Below the pieces are notes generated by a model, which was not told the DNA's origin, made no database searches, and worked only from the letters and a program-made list of their open reading frames with translations. From positions 59,646,001 to 59,710,000 of the forward strand of contig CM052817.1 in NCBI GenBank assembly GCA_028534125.1: a DNA stretch of 64,000 nt. Direction: 5' to 3'. Numbering within the stretch: position 1 is the stretch's first letter; the number at the start of each line of letters is the position of its first letter. Made by a program: the position numbers and the translations under genes. Origin of the DNA: Lama glama. Taxonomy: Eukaryota. Below are positions 38,221 to 52,310 of this stretch, piece by piece.

Positions 38221-41200
38221 TTGGGATATATATTTGGTAATTTAAATATATTTAGTATTTGAGATAAAATTTGGTAATTTTTTAAAGGCACAATCATAAG
38301 ACCATTTTCAATAAGAGGATTTAAAATATCCCTTTTTATTCAAACCTTTTTATTCATTTGGATAGCAAATGTTCAGATAACACTGTTTTTGTTTCTATGT
38401 GTTGGTTGTTTTTTTTGTTTTATAATCTCAGATCAAGTGATACTGGGCCAATGACAGTGGAATTAGCCAGAGAAACTTATATGTTCTCTCTGAAACAGAC
38501 TCTATTAGTTGTTCTGCAATTTTGCTTCATTTAGTTTCCCAGATTAGCACTTAGATTTAGATAAAACTTTCTTACCTGAAATTATGAGTAGATTATACCT
38601 TATGGATATTGATATAGCATTACAAATAGAATCAACATTTAGTCTTTCAATATGCTAATTTTAGGAATACATTGTATTCATATATAAGTGGCATTAAAAT
38701 AGCATAAAATCCTTTTTACAATAGACACATTTGAATTGAATATAGGTGTCCTCTAAGTAAATTCTATTATGCATCTAATTTACTTAAAAATTCATTTTGG
38801 AACAATTAAAAAAGAATATAGTTGTTTCACAAGGCAGTACATACTGCCACATAGAACTTAAATAGATAAAATAAATTCATATGATATTAATTTTCAGTAT
38901 CCCATTTAAATATTTCCTTTTATGGAACTTTTACTTCTATTTGTGCTATACCATAGCTGACAGATCTTTAGTCATAGGTGAAAATGAAAAAAGAAAGTGT
39001 CCCAAATTTTCTAACCCCAAGAATTCAGCCTTCTGAAAATGAAGAATACATGAACAGTGAGGCGATAGGAATCCTGTGGTTTGGGTGCATTGATGACTGA
39101 TAAAGAAAGCAAGCTGTGTTATGAATGGAGCTGAGGAACATAATTAATGAAGTATATGGCATCAAAAAATATTTAAAACTTGCTAGTTCATAACTTCCTG
39201 GGAGGGTGAAATGTAATCTTATGAAGGAAATGCTTAGCAGATTTAAATCTAAGTTTAAGTTGGAATAGGCACCTAAAATTGGTGAGATGCTTAGTATACT
39301 TAATCGCGACATCATTAAAATGACAAGCCCCACCAGCAGCACATTTTAGATAGGCTTGTTATCTTAAAAACCGAAGACCAGGTAGTACCTTTGGAGCTAA
39401 TGTGGGACAAGAGAGTCAGTCCTGTTGTTCTGTTGCATGTAGTTCATGGTTAATTAAAATCTGGAAGACTGAGCCTTCTGATAATTTCCACAATCTGACA
39501 ACAGATAAAATTGTGTTAGTGGTGTAGTGGCAATTACTATCTTGCTCTTCAGTATCTGGATTTCTTCTTGCTGCTTCTTTGAATGGTGATAACACAAAAC
39601 TAGTGAATTTTATTTTTAGAAATACCAGCAACTCTCAAAGGAGGCATGGCCTTTGTGAAAACCATTATAAATTTCTTCTTAACAAGATTATTTAAAAAAA
39701 TTGAACACTTCATTAGTGTGGGTGGTGGCTCATGCACAGATTTGAAAGGGATTATTCTTCTGATTCCTGGTGGTGTAGTCATGGTGGGTTTTGGACATTT
39801 TTTATAATTCATTATTTTCAAGCTGAGAAATCATGAGCTACATCCTCATATTCCAATTTCAGAAAACATACTTTTAAAAGGTTATGTGAAAGCCATAACA
39901 TGTGATTTTGTTTTTGATTCAGTGCTTATTGAACACCTATTATGTACTCATTTGAATACTGAAGTATTCTTATAAGACATTTTTCCCATCCTTTAAGAAT
40001 GTTAAGGTGTATCTGCCTTCTGAGATAGTATTGTATATTAGAAAGCTGAAGGTAGAGCAATTCAGGACTCACAGTAGGGTGACTGTGGTCTATTATCATA
40101 CTAGAGAATGTGATACTACAATAAATACAACCTTTATGGTGCCCTTAAGGTGCCATAAAGCAAACATATATTTCAGAAGAATATTATAAAAGGGGTAAGG
40201 AGATTACTACGTGCAGTGAGGTCTTCATGTATAATGGAAATCTCTTTACTCAGCTTCAGTGGTGGTTGCTAAACATTAAGCTTGTTTTCTTATAGGCTAC
40301 AAAGACAATACATTCATGCAGTAGTCAGAGGTAAAGAATAGTCTCTACCGTTTGCCTCTTTCCTCTTTTTTTGTTTCCTCTGGATGTCACTAGTTTTGCT
40401 ATTAGGTCAAGTAAAGGAGGAGAGGTGGGCTTTATGATCCAGTAATCCTGTTATTAATAAAACTAATGAGATCCTTTCTAAATTTAATGCCACATATCAG
40501 ATCATTCCACTAAGTGTGGTTTCTTGGAAAGGGGGAAATTAACTTACATTTACTTTTTTTCCTCTTAGTTTTGAAGTTATTAGTATACTACTGTTTCATA
40601 ATACTAATCTGTTCCTTGTTCTAGATGTGAACAAAAAAAATCAGTGAAAATGACAGTTTTACACTGTAGCAAACAAAAGAAGAAAATAGCCTCACAGAAA
40701 AAGTAAAATTAGTAAACTTTACAAATGGAATAAGTAGTGTTGGGAAAACATATTTATGCCAACTTTTAATTATGTAGGTGTAATTAAGAATAGGACAAAC
40801 ATTGAAAATTGAAAATAACAGTTCAAAAACTAACTGGCCAAAACTTCTATTTTTCTCCTCAAGAATTCTTATTGTGGTTGATAAGCAGTTAATAAATAAC
40901 AAAACTGGTTGCTCTTGATTCTTTCTTTTTATTTTTCCTGTCTACCCTTCAGTGGCAATGCTAATGAGCAGTGAAATGGCCAAAAGCAAGGAAGAAGGAG
41001 CAAAGGATTTTAGATAATCCATAAACTGGAAAATCAGCCCCTGAATACTCATATGCACAGACTTGGCAAGAAGAAATAGTTTTATTTTCTCAAAATATTG
41101 CCCAGATTCTGAAGATAGAACTTGCTCTGGGCTGCTGAGGTTGTAAGAGGAGTGATGCTTCCAGGCCACCAAAGAGAAATACTCTGAGTGACAGTCTGGG

Positions 41201-41699
41201 AGCAAAATGAAGAACATTATTATTGGGAAAACAGTGCCCTTTAGGGGCAATGCTGCTGACAGTCAGGACCCCCGTGATCAGCTCAGTTCCATGTGTCAAG
41301 TCTATGGTGATTCTTTAAAAGAAAATATATGGATTTCGGCTATACTTCGTAAACTGTGTAAAAAATGCGCTGGATTGACATTCCTATCAATATACATTGA
41401 GTACTGAGCATCTACATTGTATATTCCCAGTTGGTTTCTAGCTGATGCTGTATTACAGACCATAAGGAAGAATTTGAATATTAGCATTTTTAAAAAGAAA
41501 CTGTGAAGCACATGGCAATATGTATATATATATTTCACACACATATATATAGTGCTCATTAATATATATAAATATATATACAAACGAGATAAATATTTTC
41601 AGTGTGAATGAAAAAAGATGACCTCTATAAGTTATCCTGTTTTATAAACTGGCCCTCATGGAAGAACAAAGTTTGTTTACTACTGTCATGAGAAAGCAG

Positions 41700-42250
41700 C
41701 AGGGATATGCTATGGCCAAAGCCATGAGTTATGGTCTGGCAAAAGAGGGAAATGGCAAGTAATTCTGTTTGGAAAAAACATTAAGGTACAATGAGGAATA
41801 TGGCAAGAGAGGAGGCTAGAAGTTAAGAAGATCTGATCCCTGTGAGGTCCAAAGGGAATTCTGTAAATAGTGTAGGCTAAGAGATGCCCAGCTTTGTGTT
41901 AGAAGATTTTGAGAGTGACATTGCGATAGATGGAGACCAGTTAGAAGACCCTGGCAGTATTCCAGCTGTGTTCTGGTGAAGGACTGTGCTGAGTAACTGC
42001 AGAAGTGACTGGAGAGGAGAATCTCCTTACGGGGGAGACTGAGGAGCTTGAATCTATCAACTCAGTCATTCTTTAGGAGTGTGAATAAAAGAAGAAAAGT
42101 CTAACATCATTCTTGAGTGACTCAGTGGAGGAGGCACCTGCTCTTCACCACCATAGGAAACTGAGAAGGAGGAGAGGAACTGAGTTTGGATTGAGCTCAC
42201 AATTATTTTGGCATGATTGTGAAGTGTTCTATAACCCAGTCAGCAGCTTC
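41700..42250 (-). mobile_element. Degraded LINE-2 fragment
   Basis: GGAGACCAGTTAGAAGAC...GCAGTATTCCAG and ATAGGAAACTGAGAAGGAGGAG...TGAGTTTGGATT motifs. Confidence 0.55.
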
Positions 42251-45200
42251 CTAATACATACCTCCTTCCTGCCTCAAATGGAGGAAAAATGGGTCATTCG
42301 TGCTTTGATTTTAAAAATGTAACTTTTTCTGGTCATTCTTTTTAAACTTTTCCCTTAGATCTAATGCTAATAGTGTCATTTCCTATTTAAAATGTGAATT
42401 GTTTATAGTATTTTTTAGCTACTTATATTCAGAAAATATTAGTTCTACAAGAGCCTTCTTTTTAGTTTCTGTGTCTACCAATTTATCAGTGCAGAATTAC
42501 GAATTCTAAATAATATTACTGACTTTTTAAAGCTACTTCTCGTTTTTTAATACGAGCAAACAGATTTTTAATCACAGTCTGAGATCAGTATTAATGGTGT
42601 TAGTTGATTTGATATCCATTTCCAGTCAGAACAGTTTTTAAGTGGAATAATCTTTGACAAAATGTTAGGTTATCAAGTGTGAAATAAAAATATGATATTT
42701 TAAATTTCGTGTGCATGATTGCTTTTCTAGTTTCATATTGCAAGTAGAATCCCCTAATGTAAATTAATAGAATTACATGGAAAGGTAAAATATTTTCATA
42801 GAATTGTGTATTTTTAGTTACATGTTTTCTGCAACATAATTAGCTGACAGCAAGGAAAATTGTTTTCTTAGAATGGCAGAAATAAATGGGACTGAAATGG
42901 GACTAAAGGGATCTTTTGGGGACTTTAAGCCTCATTTTTTAAGTGTCTCAGAAGACTGTGCTTCATAGTTTAGGATCTGTGCTATCAAATAAGAAATGTT
43001 TGAAAACATGGGTCTGCAGTCAGAAGAATGTGAAAGCAGAGGCAATGTGTCTGCATGTGTGTAAAAACACTTTTTGAACTGAGTGAAATGGAGTAGATCC
43101 AGATCAGTGTCTTTTTTCTGCCTCTGTGTGTCTTTGTTTAGAATCTCGTTTTTCAGCCTGTTTTTATAATATATACTGCCAATGCTTACTCCAGTAGAAA
43201 CAGCTTGAGTGTGATATTATTAGAACTTAATTTTGCCATCTTGCTCTTTTTTATTCTTAATTAAGTTGATCCATTGTGTGAGAGCCAAGGATGGAAAATT
43301 GAGTGCTCCAGTGGTGAGGAAGTCTTCTGATATTTCTCAGTCTTGCTCTAAGTCTCTCTAGTTAATTTTAGAGTACATTAAGGGATAAGAAATTTAGAAT
43401 TTTTCGAGGATAACCTGCATGGGTTGAGTTAGTAAAAATTCGTGATGATTGGTAAATTTTGTTTCTTAGACAGTCAGAATGCATGTAGTACTCAAAATAG
43501 AAGCACCCAATTCGATGTCACAGTTATATATTCAAATCTTGCCTTGGTCAGCTTGCCACTTCATGGCTGTGAAGTCTTTGGATAAGTAAGGAGACTTTGA
43601 AAGTCTTAAATTTACTCCTGCTTCCTCTCCACTTCATCTGTTATAAGGATAAGCAGTTATAACATTCAAAATACGGCCTTTGGACTCTGCAAATAGTATT
43701 CATACTGCAGGAGATTGAACTTGCAATTTAAATACACTGCCAGTTAAGATCCTGGGTGTGGGTTGTGCTTTAGAAAGCAGATGCCATGCCTATCATTAGA
43801 TAGGGTTCTCTCTTTGTCCTCTGTTGCTGAAACATTAATTCAGATTTACAACTATGCTTTTTTACAACATACAAAGGAAAGTTGAAAGTCTTTATTACAA
43901 TAAGTAAGTTTAAGGTTAAGAAGCCCTTCGAGGATGATACTTCACTCTCACATTATGTGAAATAGTTGGCTAAAATGCTATTTGTTATTGTTGGTACTGG
44001 TATTTAGCTTTGCTCTGTGTGGTCACACTCTTGGATTTGGAATAAGGTAATCTTACAATTTACTGTCCAAACCAGAACTCTTTTGAAAATGAAAAGGCTG
44101 AATGGAGCCAAACAGGGACAAGGAAGCACTCATTTCAAAGCCTAAACTGCAGGCATGTGATTAGCTTGTAGTTTGGCCCAGCCTCAGACTCCCCTAGGTG
44201 TATCACCTTTAAGTAGGCAGTGATTCTGTCTTAGCAACACATTGTTCCATTTATCTAGGTCTTTTATGCTGATTGAACAAACAGACTGAGTTTTGTTCTT
44301 GTTTTATTTTTAATTACTTAGAGCACTTTTCTTCACAGGCAGCAGTAAAGAGGAAAAATGGCTAACTATAGGTTGTCTTTGTTCAGACAAACATATTTAA
44401 CTGATTTTTAAAATAATCAGATGTTAGTATTTGTAATCACTCCCTTTATTCTTTCACATCCATTCTCCCTATCTACTGTTTGACTGCTGCTCCTAGCAGA
44501 ACTCACTGCATATTGGTAATTACATCAATTTGTACCTAACCTCAGATACTGTATCTCTGGAACTAAATAAAGGACATGTATTTTCATGTGGAGAGGATTG
44601 TTCTAAGAAATATAAAGACAATTTACAGCAGATTATAAAGATTACAAACATTAAAATTTGCTTCATTTTTGCATCCTAAAAGGAGAAATAATCAACTAAG
44701 CAAGTTCTAGACAATTTTTTTTTTTACAGAGATATATAATAGAGGAAATGTTCCAGATAAGAGGAGGGTAGCCTTAACAGTTAAAGTTTCAAAGGTGGAT
44801 ATTAAAAAACTTTTTTCTTATAGGGGATAAGCATGAAATATTGGCCTGTGATTTAAATTAAATATACTATAACTACTGTGTTATCTAATTGCTTTAACCT
44901 CTATAAACTTGTGTCTTAGAAGTATGCCTTTCAATTTGGTATAAATGTCATTAGAGTCTCTTAACCTTCCTTTCCTTTCTCTCTGTTCCAAAGTCTGGTT
45001 TTACCTCAAGAGATGCTCATGTGATGCCCTGCATTGGCCTCTTACCTTCACACTCTTGCTCTTGGTAGCCTAGTTCATATTAAAAGCCTTATCTCCTTTT
45101 CTTAACTTTCGCACCCTGGTTATTACTTTGTATGTTTTCCAAATGTGCAACTGGATTTGAGTGCATCCTCCTAAGTACTCCGAAGAAAGTCGACCTTCCT

Positions 45201-45660
45201 CCTTTCTTTTCCGTGGCAGTTTTTAGGCTTCCGCTGACCCTGTCCCTTAGGTCATCTTCACTGTAGAAATTATGTAATCATAGACTTTCACAGTTGGGAG
45301 GAATATTAGAAATTGTCTATAGTCCAGAGTCCTCCTTTTGCTGATGAGCAAATTGAGAGGTTAAGTGAGTTGAATGCTGCATAGATACACATTTCTGAGT
45401 AGTCTATTAAGCATAATTTTTACTAAAAAAGGTAATTATATTCACATCATCAAAGAAATATTAATGTAGGCTATTGGCCAGGAGATACAAATAGCCCAAT
45501 TATGTAGAACTGGATAATTGTTTTCATTATCTTAGGGTACATTTTACCTATGTTCTACTATATTGTTGTAGAGTACTGTAATTAATTCCTTTGAAGCCTG
45601 CTAATATAACGTGAGAGGTAGCTAACCCAGTTGGAGAACTGTTCCCACAAGGGGCAGGAA

Positions 45661-45694
45661 GTGTGTGTGTGTGTGTATGTGTGTGTGTGTGTGT
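45661..45694. repeat. Interrupted (GT)n microsatellite
   Basis: Read directly from the sequence. Confidence 0.9.
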
Positions 45695-47200
45695 ATTATC
45701 TTCTAAGAATTCTCCCAGAGTTTAGAGCCCAGCAGAGTCTAGCCCAGATCCAAACCCTGTTCCTCTGATTACTGACTCCACTCTTCCTCACTTTCTCTCT
45801 TTCCATTTCCCTCTTTCTCTCCCCAAACTCAGGAGGTTGGAACTTGTTTCTTCTAAGATTTACAAATGTTAGTTCTGTCTCTATTAAAACATGTCACTGC
45901 ATAGATTTAATTCACTTGGTTTTTCATCACTCTTGGACAGTTTATTTCAATGTTCTCAACCTTAGTGTTTTCATATATAAAATGTAGATATTACCACCTA
46001 TCTTGAAGGGACAAATGAAAAGTAAATTAAGTAAATAAGACAAGTTGGAAAAAAAAACCAAGACTGGCATAGAATGAGTTTTCCAGAAATATTAGTTTTC
46101 TTACCCTGTTGTTTTCTGCCTTCTCTCAAAACTTCATAAATATAATAGTTTTGACTAATTGTACATTTTATTTGTCTGTTTTGTGCACATTTGCCAAATA
46201 TTTTGAGGCTAGAGTTAATTGATTTTTGTAATTATGTCAAGTAAAGAGGAAAATGGTCTATGAAAATATGAGTTATTTATATTCTCATTTTCAAACTCAA
46301 ACAAAGAGATTTGCTATTTGTTTAATATGATAAAACACTTTAAACAATTTTATGGATTTTTTAAAATCCTTTTTCTTCTTTGCTTCAGAACTTTTATAAA
46401 GTAGTTTTCTTGTTTATAAGCTAATAATCTGTCTGCTGTCTGGATCCATTCTGAGATATAACCTTCTTTAACTCTTCTTTCAGATCCATCTAACTTTATG
46501 TGTTTAATATCTTTAAAGTCATAATCTTTTCAACTCATATTATTTTTTGATTTTTAATGTCTACCCTATAATAATCAATTACTTAATGACTTTCTAATTT
46601 TATTTTAAAATTATCATCCACTCATTTCCTAAATCTCCTAATATTTAATGTACTAAAATGTTTATTTTGTATTTCCCATGCTTATGTAAAAACTTCTGTG
46701 GAGAAAAATTGTATTTTGATGAGAAAATGAAGGGAAAGAGAAGTCACAGTGATTTGGTAAGCATTTAATTCTCTTGGCAGTTTTACATAGTGGTACTGAT
46801 TTACTAATTGTTCTTTTCTTCAGTTAAAGTAGACTTGCCTTCCAGAATTGACCTATTAATGTGATTTTAATCAATAGACCTAGCTCCACAGGTTTATAAC
46901 TGATTAAAGGTCAGTAAAGTATATGGACATTTGAGGCCAAATCAGCACAATTTGTATAGAACCCTGAATGTAAAGCCCACAATTTAATTTTACTAAGTAC
47001 TTTAATGAAAAAGGACTTGTACATGTAGAGTTACCATTATTCATAATAAATATAGTTGAAATGCTTCTATTGCGTATACAGGGATCATTGGACTAGTTTG
47101 ACCACCTTCGGCACCACTATCATAAACGTAATGAATAGATCGAGTTCCCTTAGTCCTGCCTTTTCTCTGTGAAAATACCCAGAGAACACTTGTTGCTTCT

Positions 47201-47648
47201 CAGACATCTTGGGAGGCAACAAAGTGAGTCACATCAATTTTTTTTTTTATTTTCTGATTCATATAAAAGTTATGTTTACACTATACTTAGTCTATTAAGT
47301 GTTCAATAGTATTATGTTTAAAAACGTATATACATTAATCAAAAAAGTACATTCTTGCTAAAAGACACCATCTGCTGAGTCTTCAATGAGTCATAATCTT
47401 TTTGCAATAGTAACATCAAAGATCACTGAACACAGACCACCATAATAAATGGAATAATAGTGAAAATTTGAAATATTATGAGAATTATGAAAATGTGACA
47501 CAGAGACAATGATGTGAACAGATGCTGTTGAAAAAATGGCACTGTAGACTTGTTCAACTCAGGGTTGCCACAGACTTTCAATTTGTTAAAAACACACAAT
47601 AGCTACAAAGTGCAGTAGAGTGAAGTGCAATAAAATGAAGTACGTCTG
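47201..47648 (-). mobile_element. Internally deleted Tigger1 derivative (Tigger1a-like MITE)
   Basis: The - strand begins CAGACGTACTTCATTTTATTGCACTTCAC...ACAAATTGAAAGTCTGTGGCAACCCTG (Tigger1 left end). It joins directly to the right-end sequence TATAGTGTAAACATAACTTTTATATG...GTGACTCACTTT. TA at 47649-47650. Confidence 0.85.
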
Positions 47649-47994
47649 TATGCCCTAACTGGGTTCAGTTTTGTATACGGGGGCCTTAACTGAGTTTATC
47701 ACATACCCAGTCCAGATAACCTCAATAGCACATTATTGTGCAAAGTTGGAGAAGCCTCTGGGTTGTGGAGACAAGTGGCACAGAGATTCCAAGGATAGGA
47801 AGATTGGATGGGGAGCCTCCAATTGCCCAGATCCAGCTCCCAGGTCACCTGACCATCATGTCTTCTTAATTACCTACTTCAGCAATACTGTGGAAGATAA
47901 CAGAAAGATGTAGTGAAAATGACTAAATCCCATTCTCTATAATGAGAATAATATATAACTTGTAATTCATAATTATATATAAGAACCAGTAATT

Positions 47995-48200
47995 AGAGTG
48001 GCATTATTAAGCACTCACAATATACCAATCATTGTTGCAAACTCTTTATAAATATTATCTCATTTAATTGTTACAATAACACTAATAATGCTGGTACTAT
48101 CATCATTCCTGTTTTGCTGATGAGATTAAAGGAAGTTTGGGGTACTATGTAATTTGTCCAACTTCACTAAGCCACAGAATATAAATAATAATAGGGTCTG
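47995..48200 (+). mobile_element. MIR SINE
   Basis: TTATTAAGCACTCAC...ATATTATCTCATTTAATTGTTACAATAAC...GGTACTATCATCATTCCTGTTTTGCTGATGAG. Confidence 0.7.
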
Positions 48201-50225
48201 ACACCTGTTCTCATTTCTTCTGTTACTGTGTCTAGGGAATAGTTTTCACTGAACGTGTATCTATTCCAAGCATCCCATACTCTTTTTTCCCTCTGATACT
48301 TCCTTTACCAACAAGAAGCCAGATACTCTCATAAGAGCCCTCTCTGATGTTCTAATCAGTGTGATGCAAGGTACCCCATGCATTTCCTTACTACATTCTG
48401 TAATACTGTTGTAGCCTTGTATTTGCTTTTTGTCAACTTGAGTGAAAAAAAGAGTGAAATGATCTCTTCTACTGAGTTGTCATTAAAAAAGAAGTTAACA
48501 CTAGTTTTGTTGGTGCTTTACCAATGGCTATTATTTTGTTGTTGTTTTTGCAACACATTGTATCATTGATTAATAAAAAGTCACTAATAGGCTCAATGTT
48601 TACATCTTTAAGTATTTGTTCACTTGTCTTCAGTTGGTTATCAGTGTGTTATACAAGTACTTGAAGCTGACCTAAGTTTTCAGTTCACTTTATTTCTAGA
48701 AAATGTCCATGCTTAGCAACATTCCTGCCTGTAATTCTATGTAGAGGTTGTATGCCCTCTCAATCTCTGGTCCCCACTGGTAAAAACTCACTCAGACCCT
48801 CATTTTAGCATAGATCATATGCCAGAGAGTAACCAGCTATGCTTCACATATATCCTGTTTTACTTTCTTTTCCCACTAAGATATAGGAGTGGTTAGTTAG
48901 CCGTGATTCCTTGGCCAAACCTTTAGGTTAATTTAGATAGGTACTACATAAAACTTTTGGCTAACATTCTGTGCTTACCAAAAACAAATGGATTTAATTT
49001 AGTTATTTCACAAAAGTGATATTATACCTGTTTCAGTTTCACTTTTTAAAAAATGAAAGTTTTAGATCATATGTTTTAATGTGTTTTTCCTTGAAATTTT
49101 GTTTTCTTCTAACCCAGTAGATACTTCAGATATTCTTTCTGAATGTGTGTTCTTTTGCTTTCCCTCTCATGTGTGGAATAGTAAGGAACTGAAAGAAAAC
49201 TGTAATTGTGATTAAAGTAGTATGCAAAGTGGGAAAAGAAGGACATAGTGCATTATTTACAAGTCATTTTTATGTTTGGTAGGATGATGCACTTTGTTGA
49301 GATAAGGGCCATCAGAAAAGAAAAAAAGGGAAAAGAAAAGCTTGCTTTTACTAGCATATTTTAAATATGCTTCTTGTATATGTTAATATATAAAGTGATA
49401 AACACTCATGTATTTGAAAAGGAGCTGTACAAAGATAGAGACGGAGAAATGTCAAATGTCAAATAAGAACAAAAACAAATAATACACAAATTCAAGAGGG
49501 AGAGTGACCTTTATAGAATGCCTGACAGCTGCATGTGGTCCAGGTCTCTGCTGGAACAGGACAAGGACTGCATACTGTGCCACGTTAAATGTTCTTCTCT
49601 ACAGGAACACTGATGCAGGGAGAGGGTGCATGAGAGTGAGTGATAGGTCAGTTCAGCTAATGTCAGCCAGATATGTGACTCAGTAGACCAGAGATTTGCT
49701 GAATGGAACTTTTTGAAGTTCAGCCAGGATGATTGAAATGAAACATTTAAAAGAAATAACAGCATAATCCACTGGTATTCATTGGAAAAATGATCATTCT
49801 TTTCTGTTATATGCAATTATATTCCTACTACATTTGTGGTAACTCTGTTAGCTGCTCAAGTAATCATGCCAAAGACACTGGTTTCTCTTTCTCTAGAAAG
49901 GGTAAATTGAATACTAAATTTATCATAGTGTTAAACTTGTACTTTTCCTTTGTTTGATCTTGAATTTTCTTATTTTGAAAGGTAGTTTTATGCTAACGAT
50001 TACAAAGAACATAATAAAATATAACCTCTTTGTTATCATAGGGAAATAAAATCTACATTTTTTCCCCTGGATATTCAGAATAAAAATTAAGAAACAGAGT
50101 ATATATAAAATGATTCTTTTAACAATGTGCTTTTTTCTAAGTCCTTCCCTACTAGAAAGTGTTCTTCTCTCAGTATTAATTTGTGGTTTGCTTGCTTCAT
50201 CTTCATGTTCTTGTTAACTATTCTT

Positions 50226-51253
50226 GTTTTGTTTAATTGATTTACAGTGTTGTGTTAGTTTCTGGTGTACAGCATAATTATTCAGTTGTATATGTGTATA
50301 TTCTTTTCCATTACAGATTATTACAAGATACTGAATGTAGCTCCCTGTGCTATACATTAGAATCTTGTTGTTTATCTATTTTATATATACTAGTTTATAT
50401 CTGTTAACCCTAAACTCCTAATTTATCCCTCCCCCTTTCCCTTTTGATAACCATAAGTTTGTTTTCTGTGTCTGTGAGTCTCTTTCTGTCTTATTTATAT
50501 TATTTTTTTAGATTTCACATATAAGTGGTATAATATGATATTTGTCTTTCTCTGTCTTGACTTACTTCACTTAGTTTGATAATCTCTATGTCCATCCATG
50601 TTGTGGCAAATGGCATTATTTCATTGTTTTTTTATGGCTGAGTAGTATTCCATTGTATATATACATCTTTTTTATTTTTTGAGTTATAGTCATTTTACAA
50701 TGTTGTGTCAAATTCCAATGTAGAACACAATTTTTCAGTTATACATGAACATACATATATTCATTGTCACATAAGATCTTGTATATATTTTCCTGTGCTA
50801 TACAGTATAATCTTGTCTATTCTGCATATGCCTGTCAGTATCTACAAATTTTGAAACCCTGTCTGTCCCTTCCCACCCCCCGTATATACATCTTCTTTAT
50901 TCAGTCATCTGATGATGGACGTTTAGGTTGCTTCCATGTCTTGACTATTGTGTATAGTGCTGCTGTGAATATTGGGTGCATTTTTGAATTAGAGTTTTCT
51001 CCAGGTATATGCTCCAGAGCGGGCTTGTTGGATCATACGGTAAGTCTATTTTTAGTTTTCTAAGGAATCTCCATACTGTTTTCCATAGTGGATACACCAA
51101 ACTATAATCCCATCAACCGTGTAGGAGGGTTCCCTTTTCTCCATGCCCTTTCCATCATTTTTTGTTTGTGGACTTTTTAATGATGGCCATTGTGACCAGT
51201 GTGAGGGGAATACCTCATTGCAGTTTTGATTTGCATTTCTCTGATAATTTAGC
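50226..51253 (-). mobile_element. 5'-truncated L1 (ORF2 end plus 3' UTR) with a nested younger L1 tail
   Basis: Typical L1 3' motifs TCCATCCATGTTG..GCAAATGGCA, TTTATGGCTGAGTAGTATTCCATTGT and GTTTTGATTTGCATTTCTCTGATAAT. TSD TAACTATTCTT at 50215-50225 and 51254-51264, with a TT|AAAG endonuclease site on the - strand. Confidence 0.92.
50670..50882 (-). mobile_element. Young L1 3' tail nested in an older L1; same family as 10397-10627
   Basis: TSD TATATACATCTT at 50658-50669 and 50883-50894. Shares GGAATTTGACACAACATTGTAAAATGA and TGAAAAATTGTG with the 10397 element. Confidence 0.9.
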
Positions 51254-51854
51254 TAACTATTCTTTAATCATTTCTGTTTGAAGATGCTTCTAATCCTGGG
51301 GAAAAGTTTGATTTATATATGTGTACTGGGTAATACTCATCTTTCCCATGTCTGTATTTTACCATCCAAGATTGTTAACTCTAAATAATTAATATTCCAA
51401 GAATAAGAGTCCTAAGTTCTTAAGTATCACAAGTGGATCAGAACCTAAAGTCTCAAATGCTTTTTCTGTGGTCTCTGGAAGTTGATAGTACAGAGTTGTG
51501 CCTTCTGGCTTCTTTTTAAGCCTTCTCCAAAAAAAAATCTTTGGCATTTATTAGAAAGAAGAAGAAGAAAAAGATGACATCTATGCACTTATTTCATTGT
51601 GGATTTCTCACAATCATGTTCAGTTGCATCAACACAACTTAGTCATATTCATATTTCTCTCAGCTTGCTTACTCTGCATGATATTCTCCTTGACTTAGTT
51701 ATGTGAAACTCTTGGTTATCTGAAAGATAAAACTGGTGAGCAAATTCATTATTTTATGTGCTTTTTTCTCATTAAAATAAAATCCCATGATAACCTAGAT
51801 AGGGTTGTTAGGAGACTTAAATAAAAAATTGCAAAGAACAGTAATGTATAGTAA

Positions 51855-52310
51855 TTCTTTCAATATTCATTACATTTTTGTGGAATATCAAAATGTTTCG
51901 TGTGCTCTTTTATGCCCTGCATATACAGCGATAAATAAAACAGGGAAAACAATCAAAGGCCTATTCTTCCTGAAGCTTACTTCTAAAGTGGGAGATAAAC
52001 AGTAAATAAAAAAATGAAAGTACAGAGGGGTATGAAGAAAAACACAGCAGAGTTAGGGGATATAGAGTGATGGAGGGGTATGAATTTAGAATGGCAGTTC
52101 AGACATCATCTCTGAGGAGATGACGTAGTGCAAAGGCTAAAGTGAAGGGATTGTGGATAGAATATGCTAGAGAAGGAGAGAGGAAGAAAGAGGAGGGGAG
52201 AGGAGAGGAGCAGAGAGAGAAGCATGCTTGGCATCTGCAGAGACTGGTGAGGTTGTCGTGTAGCTGTAGAGTAGCAAGCAGGGGTATGGTAGAAGAATAA
52301 TTCAAGGAGG
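51855..52310 (-). mobile_element. LINE-2 3' end
   Basis: ATATACAGCGATAAATAAAACAG...CCTGAAGCTTACTTCTAAAGTGGGAGATAAACAGTAAATAA; TCTCTGAGGAGATGAC. Confidence 0.7.
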
